From: Saprolegnia diclina VS20 | Lineage: Eukaryota | NCBI RefSeq assembly: GCF_000281045.1 | Contig: NW_008246068.1 | Location: forward strand, 518,859 to 572,558 | Length of the DNA: 53,700 nt | Direction: 5' to 3' | Shown here: positions 1 through 12,343 of the stretch, in pieces | How positions within the stretch are numbered: position 1 is the stretch's first letter | How the letters are laid out: each line of letters opens with the position of its first letter | The notes under the pieces: model-generated | Databases searched by the model: none | The model's input: only the letters and a program-made list of their open reading frames with translations | Told to the model about the DNA's origin: nothing | Translations under genes and position numbers: made by a program

Positions 1-61
1 TCGGACGATTTGGCCTAATTTAAGGCGCACAGCTTGGCGCCGTCATTACGTGTAATTGGCC

Positions 62-2849
62 ATGGCCCTCGAGTCCAAGGCGACGATGGACGACGACGTG
101 GCGGCGACGCCCGCCGGCGGCCTCCATGGCAGCACCATCTCCACATACGCGACGACGTTCCAGCCGCCTGAATGGTACGGCGATCCGATGATGCATGCGA
201 GATGGCCGCATCGAGACTGCACGTAGGGCGGTGTACCCGACAGAGAAGACCATCACCGCGCGCTTCGAGGTCCTGCGCATGAACAAGAGCGTGGGCACAC
301 ACGAGCTGGGCGGGCGCCAAGTCACGGTCTTTGGCCGCGAGCAGAACGGCTGCGACTTTGTCTTGGCCAACCCGTCCGTCTCGCGCAAGCACGCCACTGT
401 GATCCACTGCGCCAAAGGCGGCGTCTACGTGCGATAGCCTACTCGTCTGACGGCGTCGGCTCATGCAGCCTGCGTAGATCGTCGACCTCATGTCCCGCCA
501 TGGCACGTTTGTCGGCAAGACCAAGATCCCGCCCCACGACCCTTACCTCCTCCACGGTATGCCATCGTCCTCGAGCATTTCGACCGACGATTGGGTGTAG
601 ATGGCGACGTTGTGACCTTTGGCCAGAGCTGCCGGACATACGTCTTGAAGGGCATTGACCCCACAGGCTTGAGCCAAGCGGTGAAGAAGCCATGGCGCCT
701 CAAGTCGCTGCTCGTGCCCCGGTTTGGCACTGGCAGCAGCAGCAGCCACCCGCCGCCAGCGAAGAAGCCGACGCGCAAGTACAATGACATTTGCATCAAG
801 ATGGTCAACAAGATCTGCAGCGGGTCCTTCTCCACCGAGCGCGGTGAAGAATTCGCCAACGAAGTCTCCGAGCTCGATGACGACCTCGTCGATGACGTGG
901 CAGGCCTCCTCGTCGAGAAGGTCACCCGCCAGTACGCAAACGCGACGCTCGTCATCTTGGCGCTGCTCGAAGCGCACGTCGGGCTCCACGCGTTTGAAAA
1001 TAACTTGACGCCGATCGTGCAAGTGTCCCAGAGCAACCTCGATGCACGCAAGGTACGGACTTGGGTCTTCGCTCCGTACGATGGTTGAAATGGAAATGCA
1101 TAGATTCTGCAAGTGGTCGCGGAGGCGCGGATAGAGTCGACGAGCCGCATGGACACGCCCAACCCCAGCGACGACGACGACGATGACGACGACTACCGCA
1201 ATGACGACTATGCTCCCCCCGATGTGAGCTACGCGCCGCCACCGATCCCGTACGCGCCTCCAGCTTCCATGTATGCACCACCGGCCGCCCCCGTGTTTGC
1301 CCCACCGCCGGCCATGGAGCGCGCCCCGACGTCGCCGCCCCGAGCGCATGCGCCACTTCCCGGCACCTACAATGACGACGATGACGAAGAGGAGAAGGCG
1401 GAAGAGATGACGTCACCGATGCCCGACCAATCTCGCCAACGCGTCTTGAGCAACGAAGGCAAGCGGCTCTTTGCCCAAGCCACGCACTCGCCACTCGCAG
1501 CGGCGTCCGGCTTTAGCTTTATCACGCCCAGCAGTCCGTCGCCGGTCGCCGCAGTCTCGGCCTTTGGGTTCATCACGGCCAGCGCGGCGCCCGACAACGA
1601 CGACGAAGCCGAGTATGACGACCACGAGCATGATTATGAAGATGACGAGAAAGACGAGGAATACGAAGACGAGGAAGATAGCTACGCGCCGGTCGAGATC
1701 CCCGAGGGGTTTTTGAGCGAGCGTAGCACGATGGACCCGCAAGACTTCTCCAACCTCTGGCAGTGCGCGACCGTCTCGTACACCTTTGCAGCCTCTTTTG
1801 CTCGTCGTTGACGATGGTTGTTGTAGGGAGGAGTGGGACGAAGACCTCTCGCCCGAGTACGACGCCGACTTGCTCGAGCGCTGTCTCTGGGGTCTCCACG
1901 TGACATTGCTCTCGACGAGCGTCGTCGGAGGCAGCCAAACGTTCCTGTACCATGCTGAACAGGTAGGATTGTGCTACCGCCTTGGTACGAATGGCGACTG
2001 TCTGATGTAGATGTCAAACGGGACCATCTTCCTCGTCGAGGTTGTCGCCAACGAGACGCTCGGCGAGCTCTCGGCGACGTTCAAGTGGATCGAACTCGGC
2101 TTACTCTACGACGACGGGCACTTGGTATTCATCCAGCTCTTTAAAGAGTGTCTTGAGCCGTGCTATATGCCCAACCACCCGCGGACACCGTACTTGCGGG
2201 TGCTCGAGCGACCGCCAGTGCCGGCACCGTCGCCCGTCGCATCGGTGCACGAGACGACGACGACAACCGCGCACATCTCTGCACCGACCGACGTCTACGC
2301 TAACAACGACGACGAAGTCGAAGATGACGGCGACGATATGATGGAGGAAGAGCTGCTCATTGAAGACACGGCGTCGTTCGAGGCCGCGCTCTCGACGATC
2401 CCGGAGCTCGACCCGTCGACCTTTGAGGCCTTGTGGCGCGACGCCCTCGACTTGTGCGCTGCTTGCATCTTGGTAGTGGACCACTGACGTGGCGTAGGGA
2501 CACAATTGCCGACACGGTGGACCGGGATTTGCCGCCGGCCGCCGAGGTCATTGCGCAGTTTCATGCGCGGCGCGTGTTTTGCATTGCGTTTGGGGCGGTG
2601 CCCAACGTCGGCGACAAGTTCTTCTTCTATGCCCAAACGGTACAACCTCAGTCTCGCTCCTTCCCATTCGCATCTCTGCTCTAGGCGGCGTCGCAGTGCT
2701 TGTACTTTATGGAGCTCACGCTGGAGCGCGACTCGACAAACGTGACGGCCGTCTGCAAGTACGCGCCGACGACGACGCACCCGGTGCAGGAAGACATTGC
2801 GATTTGGTTCATCGGCCTCGTCGAAGAGATCCTCGTCGAGCTCGAGTAA
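62..2849 (+). CDS. Multi-exon FHA-domain protein with a helical region, acidic/Pro-rich linkers and two C-terminal beta-adaptin appendage platform-like domains
   Basis: ATG at 62; first intron 175-226 (GT..AG). The spliced product reads FQPPEW-AVYP...VTVFGREQNGCDFVLANPSVSRKHA...YIVDLMSRHGTFVG...LHDGDVVTFGQS, which has the FHA GR, SxxH and xGT motifs. Two repeats follow, 'MDPQDFSNLW...TFLYHAEQ..TIFLVEV' and 'LDPSTFEALW...KFFFYAQT..LYFMEL', resembling the beta-adaptin C-terminal subdomain. Stop TAA at 2847-2849. Confidence 0.8.
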
Positions 2850-2912
2850 AGTGTAGATAGTAGTTCAAGCGTAAACACGGTCGGTATACATGGGCATCGG
2901 ATACGACGACAC

Positions 2913-5900
2913 TTAGGACGGCACGGCTTCGGTGTGGTCGATGAGTGCGTGCGTCTCGGTCTGCAGCGGCTGCGGCACGATGAGCGAGTGCATCTTGGTG
3001 CCGGTGACGGACGGGTGGCGCACGTACCGCACTGCCAGAAGCCCCCCGGCGGCGCCCCCGAGCGCAATGAACGCGACAAACGCGTACAAGACGATACTAG
3101 AGGTGGCACTGGGCGGTAAAACGTCCACAAGGTCGAGCGACAAGACGTGCAGCGACGCCAAATGGCCGTTGGCGAAGAGCGCGAGGAGCTTTTGCTGTAC
3201 CGGGCGGCTGCTGCCCGACGGTTCGAGAACGTCCAGCACGATGCGCACCGCGTTGCTGTGCGACTTGGGGTCGGTCGTCGCCGTCGCCTGCGCCAAGTAG
3301 AGGCCGAGCTCCATGGGCGGCAAGTTCGAGAGCGCGGGGTACACGCTGCCGTCGGCGCTCACGACTCGTGTCGCATTGAGAAGCAAGTACAGCGGTGAGA
3401 GGAGGTTGAACGGCACCAAGGTCCCCGGGCACGGCGCCGAAGCCGCATACGCGCTGTCGCAGCGAATCAGCAGACTCAGGCGGCTGAAGCCGCAACTGGC
3501 TGCGTCCGTGCACGCGGCGCTGCAGTCGCGAAGGCCGTAGACACCCGTGCACTAGTTCAGAGTACAAAGTGTCCACCACAAGATGCATGAACGTACGTTG
3601 CAGCGGTTGCCGAGGAGCGTCGTAGCACAGGCGTGGTTGTTGGCGCACGCATACTCAAAGTTGCCGCGACAGCCCGTGTCAATGTCCTCGACAACGATAG
3701 AGACACCGTGGGCGACAGCGGCGACCGACGTCGGGTCGTTCGAAGCGAGCGGAAGGCCGTTGTACGACGCATCCGCGCTCGTCACGACGTGCGTCACGAG
3801 CAGGCCGGCGTCGACTTTGGGAATCGTGAGGGTGTAGTGCACGGTCGAGGCTTCGACGCCCTCGAAACCCGCAATGTAAGATGGGGCAATCACGACGAAT
3901 TGCGGCGTCCACCAATTCGACGCGTCAAAGGAAAGTGTGCCGGCTGACGTGAGTGCTGCCACGTTGGGTCGCGTGCTGCTTGCCGTCGGTGTCAGCGTGA
4001 CGGCCACGGTGACCGGCGCCGTTGGCTGCGAGTCTAGCACGACCGAGTAGTTGAAGACACTCGATGCATTCTCGACGACGATCAGCGGGGCGACCGAGAC
4101 TGATACACCGGGAAGGTCGTCGTCGACGAGTGCCACGGTGAGGGTGAGTGACCCGGCACTGGTGCTGGATCGGACGTAGTGAAAAGGCCAGGCGGGGGCC
4201 CGCTGGGTGCCATCCGAGACGACAAATGGTGTCGACGCGTACCGGCACGATGGAGGCAGTGGGCGGCTGGTGATGCCGACGGCGGTAGGTGTCAACGACG
4301 ACTGAGGCACCACCGATGTCGTGTCGGCCGCCACCGTCGTGAACGTGATGCCAAGCGTCTGGTTGCCATGGTAGATGTTGTCGTCGATGGCAGCGATTTG
4401 GAGCACTTGGGACCGATTCCAGTTACTAGAAACAGCTCATTTAGCAACTCACTTCGTATACTTGACGACGTACCTCGCGTTGAACCGGAGCGTCGTTGGG
4501 AGGTAAGCCCCGTACGACGCAGCATTGTACCTTCCACCTGTGACGTACGTGACGCCGCCGACGTTTTGCGACAGATTCTGCGGGTTGAACGCCGTCAAGT
4601 AGGCACTGGGCGTCGACACGACGACGTCGACGCCCACGACCGGCTCGCTCAAGAGTTGCACGTTCAAAAGCGCCGGTTGGCCGCGCTGGTGCATGCGCGA
4701 GAGCTGCGAGATTGAGACGTCGGAGGTTTCGACCGACGTCGGAACGTCGCCATGGATCGCAATCGACGCGACATCGGCGCACATCCACGTCGGTGCCGTC
4801 ACGTCGTAGGACGTCTCGAGCCAAAGTGCAATGTAGACTAGGAGAGCGTCCCCGGAGAAGACGATGGGGGCAGGCGAGGCCGAGAAGGGCACCGTGACGC
4901 GCTCCACCAGAGTCCAGAGCGTCGCGTCCAACGTACTTTGAGCGCTCGTCCAGAGACTGAGGATGCTGGGCGTGCGGACCGTATTACCCGGCAGCGTCAC
5001 CGTGACGTCATTGGGTGGCCCAAATGAGGCAATCTTTGCAGCGTCCAACTGAACTACTACAAAGGCGGACGAAGGACCAAAGAGCGTCGCGTTGGCCATT
5101 GTGCACGCCGTCCAAAGCTGCGGTGTCGGTTCAAACACGCCTTGACACGGCGTCGCGCTGTTGGTCGCACGGGGCGCACTGCAGGTGGGCGTCGTCACGG
5201 GACTCCACTGCCCACGCACCGTTGGTTGTGGCGCGCCGGGATACGCTCGCGCGCCTTCGACCACGGTCACGGCGCCGTCGGTGAAGAGCACGCCGGCTTC
5301 ATCGTCGTCTGCAATCGCGACCGACATCGTGGCCTGCAACGGCGACGTGCACGACGCCGGCGTCGTGGCGCACACACCATATGCGACCGCGCTGTAATCG
5401 ACGTCGGCGCTGCGCGCGAGATGCGCGATCGCTCCGGTGCGCGGCCCGGACGCGACGTTGTCATTGGCTACGGCGACATGCACCGTCTGCGGCGTGCTCC
5501 ACGACTTGCTCGTAAAGAGCACTTCGTTGCGGCAGACGTCGTTGGCGTTACAGGGCGAGTTATCCGACTCAATCGGATCGTCCACCGAGACACGGAGGAC
5601 ATTCGATGCCGAGAGAACGCTGGGCGACGGCAAGTTGGCCCCGAGCGTGACGCGCGCAGCGGCCATGGGTACCTGGTAAACGTTCACGGCTGTCACGTAC
5701 AGCGTGCTCGTTGTCTGCACTGTCAAAAATTGCGCTTCGACAAGGGACGTGAGACTTGGTGCGTAGACGATGCCAGCCGCATCCAACGCCCCCGTTGCGC
5801 CGTAGACGTGCCAGTTGAGCGCGACGCTTTCTGAGGCGGTTGTTGTCGTCACGGTGAAGGCGCGCGAGAAGGACGCGGCTGCCGTGTTGACGGCTGGAAG

Positions 5901-8900
5901 GACGCCAGTGGTGAGCGACGCCGACGACAAGTAGACGTTGATCGTGCTTACACCTGGGAGCAGCACACGCACCGAGAGCACGACAGCTTCGAGAGCGTAC
6001 ATGACACCAAGATTGGCTTGCCACCACGCGGGTCCAGTCAGTAGCGACATAGCTGGTGCCGATGGCGCTAGAACGGCGGACGCGTTCGCACTTGGCGTGC
6101 TCTGGCTGGCGAGCGCAGACGCGGCGACGTTGACGAGCCCTGACGACGTTAAGAGTAGCGACGGCCGGAGGGTCGCATTCGCATGCTTGCTCGACGCCAA
6201 GGTCACCTCGTCAATGTTCCCATAGACAAACGTTGTCTCCCGCAGTGCGTAGAGGGCAATGGTCATTTCAGTTTGGCCCGCGGTCGAGAGATCATTGAGC
6301 GCAGTTGTGACGTCGAGGCTGAGCCAGCCGCTGCCACCAACGTACTGGTTGCTCGATGGATCCAAAGCTCCTTTTGGCGCAATGTCGGTGAGCCCAGCGA
6401 GAAGCGTGCGTGATGCCGCCACGTTGCCAAACGGAACCCCCGCCGAAAGCAAGTCAGTACGCGTCGTCGGTGACGCGGTCGACGTGTCGAGGACGGTACA
6501 TGTGCCCAGGGCACACGACGTGACGAGCGAGGCGGCTCGCCAGGATGTGGCGGATGTCGCCACGACAGCACCCAGCTGGAGCCCGCCGAGTCCACCGTTT
6601 TCACCGCCCGAGAGACGGTGGAGCTGCAGACGTGCGAGACCAACGCGAGCGCTTCCAGTCGACGCAGCAATCGAGGCGAGCGAGAATCGGAGCAGCCCGA
6701 CGTACTGGTAACTGGTAGCCGCTGTGCTCTCGGACGCATTCGACGCGACGCGTAGCGTCGGTGCGGTGGCACTCGGGTTGGCGAAAGTAGAGAGGGAGGT
6801 ATCGTCGATGGGAGACAGGGCCACTTGGTGCGGCTGCGAGAGGCCGAATGTTGGCTCCCAATGCATCGGCTCGGCTGTCAACCGCACTGTATAGTCGGTT
6901 TGCCCAACCGCCGGGCCGTTCTCGTTGTAGCTGCCTTGGGTTTGGTTGAGCGTGATCGACGCAGCGTCGTACCCCGACACGTAGAAGGCCATTGTTTTTC
7001 CAGCGTAAAACGAGTCGGTACTTGCACTCGTGACGACGACGCGACCGGTCACAACGAGTCCGGCGCTGCTCGATGTGTACGCGACATTGACCGACGCACC
7101 GCTCGACCATTGCGCCGGCGTGAGTGTCACCGAAGCCGGCGTGAGCGTGACACCTGCCGCCGTCGTGGCCAGCGACAGGACAACGTTGGCTGTGGGCGTA
7201 CTCGAAAGTGAGAGGCGCACGCTGGCGACGCGGCCGTGCGCTCGGGCGCAGACAAAGTTTGTCGGCTTGCTCCATTGATGTCGCGACTAGCATGGGATTA
7301 TAGAAAGTGCAAACTCAGAAAGGCCGAGTACCGTTTCAGGCTGCAGAACGATCGCAGCGCGGTTGGCGTCAAAGACGTACGTGGCAACAGATGCGGCGAG
7401 CGGAGCCGTAAGAAGCCCACTGGTCGTCGATACCCAGGGAAACGCGTGCTGCGGGTTCCCTGACAAGTAGACGCCCCACGGGCTCGTGTAGATACCGGCG
7501 CCGTACACAACACCTGATGCGCCGATCGAGAGCCGCGCGGGGCCGCTGTAGCGCGCATCCGAGCTCGTGGCCGCAAACGTCACGGCAATGGCATTGAGGC
7601 CGACCGTGGAAGTGTCAGCGACAGCCGAGATCGTAATGGCCTGGGGGACGTTCCAATTTGCGGTCGTAAACGTAATGCTGCCGGCGGAGAGCACGAGCTG
7701 GTTGGTGCCGCCAGCGAGAGTGAGCGTGACGGTCGCCGTTGGTGCAGCGTTCAGGACGACCGAGACAACATCGGTTTGACCCACCTCGGACACGGAGAGC
7801 GACGCCTTGGAGAGCAAGACCGCCGCGTCTCCGTCGTCGGCAATCGTCACAATCGCCGACACAAAGTTGGGGACATCTGCAGGACTGAGGTCCAGAGAGG
7901 CCATGAGACTCGGAATAAAACTCGTGGGGTACAAAAGGTCCAGTCCCAAGAAGGCACCGCCTTGGACATTCTGCAAGACGACCTTGAAGACAAGGTTAGG
8001 GGCCTGGAAAAAGCTATTGTCCGCCTAATGTCGAATGTATCAGTGCAGTATTGGCTCGCAAATGGCGAGGTACGATTGTGATGCTGATTTGCTTGGCGCT
8101 CTCGCCGTCCTGGAACGTCAATGTAGTTGCAGGGAGCGCTGTGTAGTGGACCCCCGGCGTTGCCGTGCAGGGACTCACATGACTGCACCCACGGGCTTGG
8201 ACGACGCCCCAGTCGTACAACGGGTCGTTGACAGTGAGACCGGGCACCACCGTACCGGCGTTCGTGACGACGTCGACAGACACGACACCGCTCGTATACG
8301 TGTTGACGCCTGCAAAGGTCCCATCAAAAGCGACCAAAGCCTGATTAGCGTACCGGATGGGTCGGGTTTGCCGCTGCGGATAACGTCGAGGGTGACGTGC
8401 GCAGCGTTCTCGACGACGCTGTAGCTGGACGTGCGAAAGGAGAACGTGCCGGCGTCGCGGTCGTCGACGATGTAGATCATGGTCGTGTCCATGGTCGTCC
8501 CGATCGCCGCGCCGCCCGAGACCGCCGAGAGCTGCACCTGCACCGAGCGGACGACGGGGTTGTACGCGGCGTTGTTGAAGACGGTGACTGCAAAAGCCTT
8601 CTGCACGTCGCCCGAGAGCCAGTCGAAGACTTGCGTCTTGGTCTCGTAGTCGAACGCGCGGCTACTGCCCTGCGTCGCGTTGCCGGCCGTCGTCGTCGTG
8701 ACGGTGAGCTGCACGGGGGCGACCGTCGACGTCGACGAACCCAGTGTGCGGTTGATGTACACGATCGCGGTGCCATTGTCTTCTCTGCAGTACGTGTACT
8801 CGGTCGAGAAGACAAAGACGCCGGCGTCGTTGTTGTCCAAAATGAAAACGTACGTTGATGGAAACGTCCCGAGCGCCCCGCGCACTGTGGGCGGTACCAG

Positions 8901-9647
8901 CTGCAGCGTGAAGAAGAGGCTATAGTACTCGAAGACGTGGGTGTCAATGATGCGCACAGAAATCGACGCGCTCGTCTGACCGTCCGTGAACATCAGCACT
9001 TGATTCGTGTCGACCATGACGTAGTTGGTGCCACGGACGGCCGTTGTCGACATGGCATTGCCCAGCGTGTACGCGACCGAAACGGTGCCGCACGAGCCAC
9101 CGGTGCGAAGCACTGGGATCGTGACGGTGCCCGCGGCTTCCGAGAACGAGTAGTTGCTCATCGAGAAGGAAATGACACCGGCTTGGCCCATGATCTGCAC
9201 ATACGATGTAGTCGTACTCGTGTCGATCGTGGATCCTGCCGTCGATCCCACCAGAGACACTTGAAAGAAGACGTTGGTCGGATTCACACCAGCCGTCAGC
9301 ACAGTGACGCTGAGAGTCTGCGTCGCAGCGCCAGCTGGAAAGGCCAGTGCATACGACGTGATGGGCGTATAGTCAACATTGGCAGCAGCAGATGAGGCTG
9401 GAATGATGTACGGCGCCGTCGAAACGAGTACGTTCTGGCTTGCAGAGAGGTCGCCTGTCCGCTGGACGACCAGTGACACGGTCTGCGAGCCACAGACGCC
9501 GACGCACGTCGCTGGGTACGCCGTCGACGCGCTCGTGTAGCCGCCTGCAAACCCAAAGGTCGAGGACGCCTCTGCTACGGCAAGTACGCAGGCAACGAAG
9601 ACGTAGATGCCCCGCCAAGCGGGGCGCGCGAGGCCACCACGTAGCAT
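2913..9647 (-). CDS. Very large (~2100 aa) type I membrane protein: signal peptide, multiple Calx-beta repeats, CBM96/DNRLRE-like and F5/8-like modules, EGF-like Cys region, C-terminal TM helix
   Basis: ATG at 9647 (MLRGG...YVFVACVLAVAEA, signal-like). Calx-beta signatures include 'GVISFSMSNYSFSEAAGTVTIPVLRTGG...LMFTDGQTSASISVRII' and 'DAGTFSFRTSSYSVVE'. ORFs 8175-9743, 8014-8337, 7287-7976, 4449-7220, 3552-4406 and 2913-3419 join in frame through short GT-AG introns. C-terminal 'CANNHAC...RCN|CTGVYG..C' and TM 'IVLYAFVAFIALGGAAGGLLAV'. Confidence 0.85.
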
Positions 9648-9861
9648 GAGCCGCCTGTCTGCAGTATCCAAATCGACGGTGCACGTAACCGATCGATTGA
9701 ATGTACATTGCCGTACCGTACAGACAAGGCATACGTAATTCAAGCTTTAGCGTACAGTTGTATGTGTACTGTACAAGTTACAAAAAGCATAATAGTTGCA
9801 AGATAAAGCGTACGTACACTCGTGTACGTCGTACATGCAACGGCCATGAAACCGTAACCGT

Positions 9862-9877
9862 CGTCACTTGAGAATTT
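9862..9877 (+). promoter_or_regulatory. Oomycete Inr+FPR core promoter element
   Basis: cgTCACTTGAGAATTT fits TCAYTYBNNNWTTY and lies about 40 nt upstream of the ATG at 9918. Confidence 0.55.
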
Positions 9878-9917
9878 TCTGCGCAGGCCGCAAGCCGAAG
9901 ATCGCGACCGCCGAAGC

Positions 9918-11083
9918 ATGATGGGGGACCCGTTCGACGATGCATGGACGACCTCGAGGTACCCAACGTCATGGAGAGGCGAGGGTGGTGATGGGAAGGA
10001 AGCCACGACTACGCGCTCTGGGGCGACCTCGGGGACGTGGGCTTCAGCGGACGCATGAGCGGCTCGATCGGGACGCCCCCGACCGAGGTCCTGGACGAAG
10101 CACCGGCGTACGAGCGCGAGCTCCGGGAGCACTACTTGGGCAACGCTTCGCTCGAGACGGAACAGGCGCAGTCGGTGAAGGCGACGATCCAGTTCCTCTT
10201 GGGAGGAAGCGCGTCGCCGGTGGGATCGCCGTCGCCACGATCTTCCCGCTCGAGCCCAGTCCAGCCAAAGGAAGAAGAGAACGTTAAGGTTTGCGATACC
10301 TTAAGTACATGCGCTCGATCTATGGATTAGGCGCTGGAGGAAGAGAAGTCGTTTTTGGCGGCCGTCGAAACCTTGCGCTTCACAAGGGTGCGGCTGGAGC
10401 GGAAGGCCAAGCTCCGCGCCGCTGTACCCCAAGAAAGCCCCGACGACGATGTACGGACGCGGAATGGGCGTGCATCTCGCTTCTACGGCGAATAATGTCT
10501 CGTCTCTGTCTTACTATCAAGGAGCTTTCGCCGACACCACCGCGCAAGCCACCGGCGCGAAAGACGACGGCGCGACCGGGCTTGCGTGAAGCTCCGGCTC
10601 CATCCACGCGCTACAAGACGCGCGAGCGCTGCACGCGACGGTCTCTCATCGAAAGCTTCGAAACGGACGAAGCCTATGAGCCGCCCATCAAGCACCCACT
10701 GCCAGACGTGATGCGTACGGTGAAGAAAGCGCGCTTTTCAAAGTCTCGCGGCTACACGGTCAAGCCGTGCGAGTATCCTGGCTGCGACAAGTGGTCTCGA
10801 ACCCGCGGTCTTTGCAAGCGCCATGGCGGCGGAAAGCGCTGCCAAGTCAAGGATTGCCCGAAGAGTGACCAAGGAGGAGGTTATTGCATCAAGCATGGCG
10901 GAGGTAAGTTAATCGTTGTCTTCCTACAGGGATATTTAGTGTGCACGTAGGGCGACGCTGCTCTGTGTACAAGTGCAAGAACTCGGCGCAGGTGAAAGGC
11001 TTGTGCAAGAGTCACGGGGGTACGCACGACTTCGTGCGCCGGCTGTTCTCAGGTTTTTGCCAGGCGTCCGACGCCAATATTGA
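9918..11083 (+). CDS. WRKY19-like Cys/His zinc-finger repeat protein (CxxxxCxK...GxCxxHGGG repeats), paralogue 1
   Basis: Three repeats: CEYPGCDKWSRTRGLCKRHGGG, CQVKDCPKSDQGGGYCIKHGGG and CSVYKCKNSAQVKGLCKSHGG. The spliced N-terminus MMGDPFDDAWTTSSHDYALW and end GVRRQY* are inferred from GT-AG introns, so both termini are less certain. Confidence 0.75.
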
Positions 11084-11220
11084 AGCTCCTTGCGTGCGCC
11101 TGGTCCGAATGACGATGCTTGGTTTGCATTGTTTTACGTTGTCCAAGCTACTTTAATTGTTTTCATTGGCGATCGTGACACGCATACGCCGCCATTTGCA
11201 GCTTCCTCGGCCCACCAAAC

Positions 11221-12280
11221 AAGCGTACGTCAGTGATGGATCGTACGAGCGACCCGCTCCTCCTCGCCGACGCCCGGGCAAGACGTCATCCGAACCACAG
11301 ACTTTCCTGAAGTTACGCAACAAAACACTGCACACTGCGCTGGACGCACGACGTCGTCGTCAGCGCCCCAGCGCCGAACAACAAGCGATTGGCTCGACGT
11401 TAGCCAATGAGTGTTCGTGAGTCCGGCGCAAGATCTTGCTCACGCCTTCTCCAAGACCGCCAGGCTGAGCGGCAGGCTACTCGGAGAAGAGGCGCGCTGG
11501 AAGCAGTATCATGACGATGAGCAGCCGCGGTTCCTCCCACTGTCACTCCGCTGTCTGAGCTGGCACCTGTGCCACTGACCTGCTACTCGGGTTGGTGGCG
11601 CCACGGTCGCATTCATCAACTTGCGCGCACGTGATGAGAGCCATCCTCGCGGCCATCGTGGTCTCGGCCTTCGCCCACACCGTCGTAGCTGCAGCCTCGC
11701 ACACAAGCTCCAGCTCGTCCAGCTCGGACGCCCACGTCATATTGCCGCTCGCCACCCCGCCCATCCTGCGATCCGTGGTACCTGCCAGCACCAACGACCA
11801 TCAATCGCCGAGCAGCGCCAGCGCATGTACGCACGACCATCGTCCTCGTTGGATGCTAAATCTTCTACATCTGTATAGTGAGCAGCTCCATGGTCGCGCT
11901 CTGGATCATCGTTGGCGGCGTGCTTGCCCTCGTCATTGCGTGCGTCTTCTTCGTCGTGAAAGCGTGCGCCAAGCGCCACCAGCCCGTGACCAAGCTCAGC
12001 GTCATCGACACGCTGGAGCTGCGGCAGTTTGACCAGCTTGTCGTGCCACTGGGTCCGATGCACCACCACGAGCCTGCGCACGACGAGGTCGCTCGCACCT
12101 CGCGCTTCAACTTGCGGCCGCTGCCCTACGACCCGCAGTAGCCCACTGGCAATAGACTGGATGATTGTATGATATACACAATAGAAGATAGAAGAATGAA
12201 CGCACGGTTGTTGTGCCAATGTACGTACGTTTCGACATACAAATATCAAGTGTAAGCGTACGTTATGGATCGTACGAGCG
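11221..12280 (+). repeat. Dispersed non-coding direct repeat AAGCGTACGT(n1-5)ATGGATCGTACGAGCG at 11221-11251 and 12254-12280
   Basis: An identical 10-mer and an identical 16-mer occur at both sites. The 10-mer also occurs at 9806-9815. Confidence 0.7.
11634..12141 (+). CDS. Small single-pass membrane protein (signal peptide, Ser-rich ectodomain, TM helix, short tail)
   Basis: Signal MRAILAAIVVSAFAHTVVA. Intron 11827-11878 joins to the TM segment 'MVALWIIVGGVLALVIACVFFVV', followed by KACAKR. Stop at 12139-12141. Confidence 0.75.
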
Positions 12281-12343
12281 GCCTTCGATTTCTGTAAAGA
12301 TACAAGCGACGTGGGTCGAAGCGCTCGAAAGGAGGTCGCCGCC

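Noticed and set aside
1169..1193. GAC trinucleotide run
   Set aside because: It encodes a poly-Asp linker in the FHA gene, which is ordinary low complexity.
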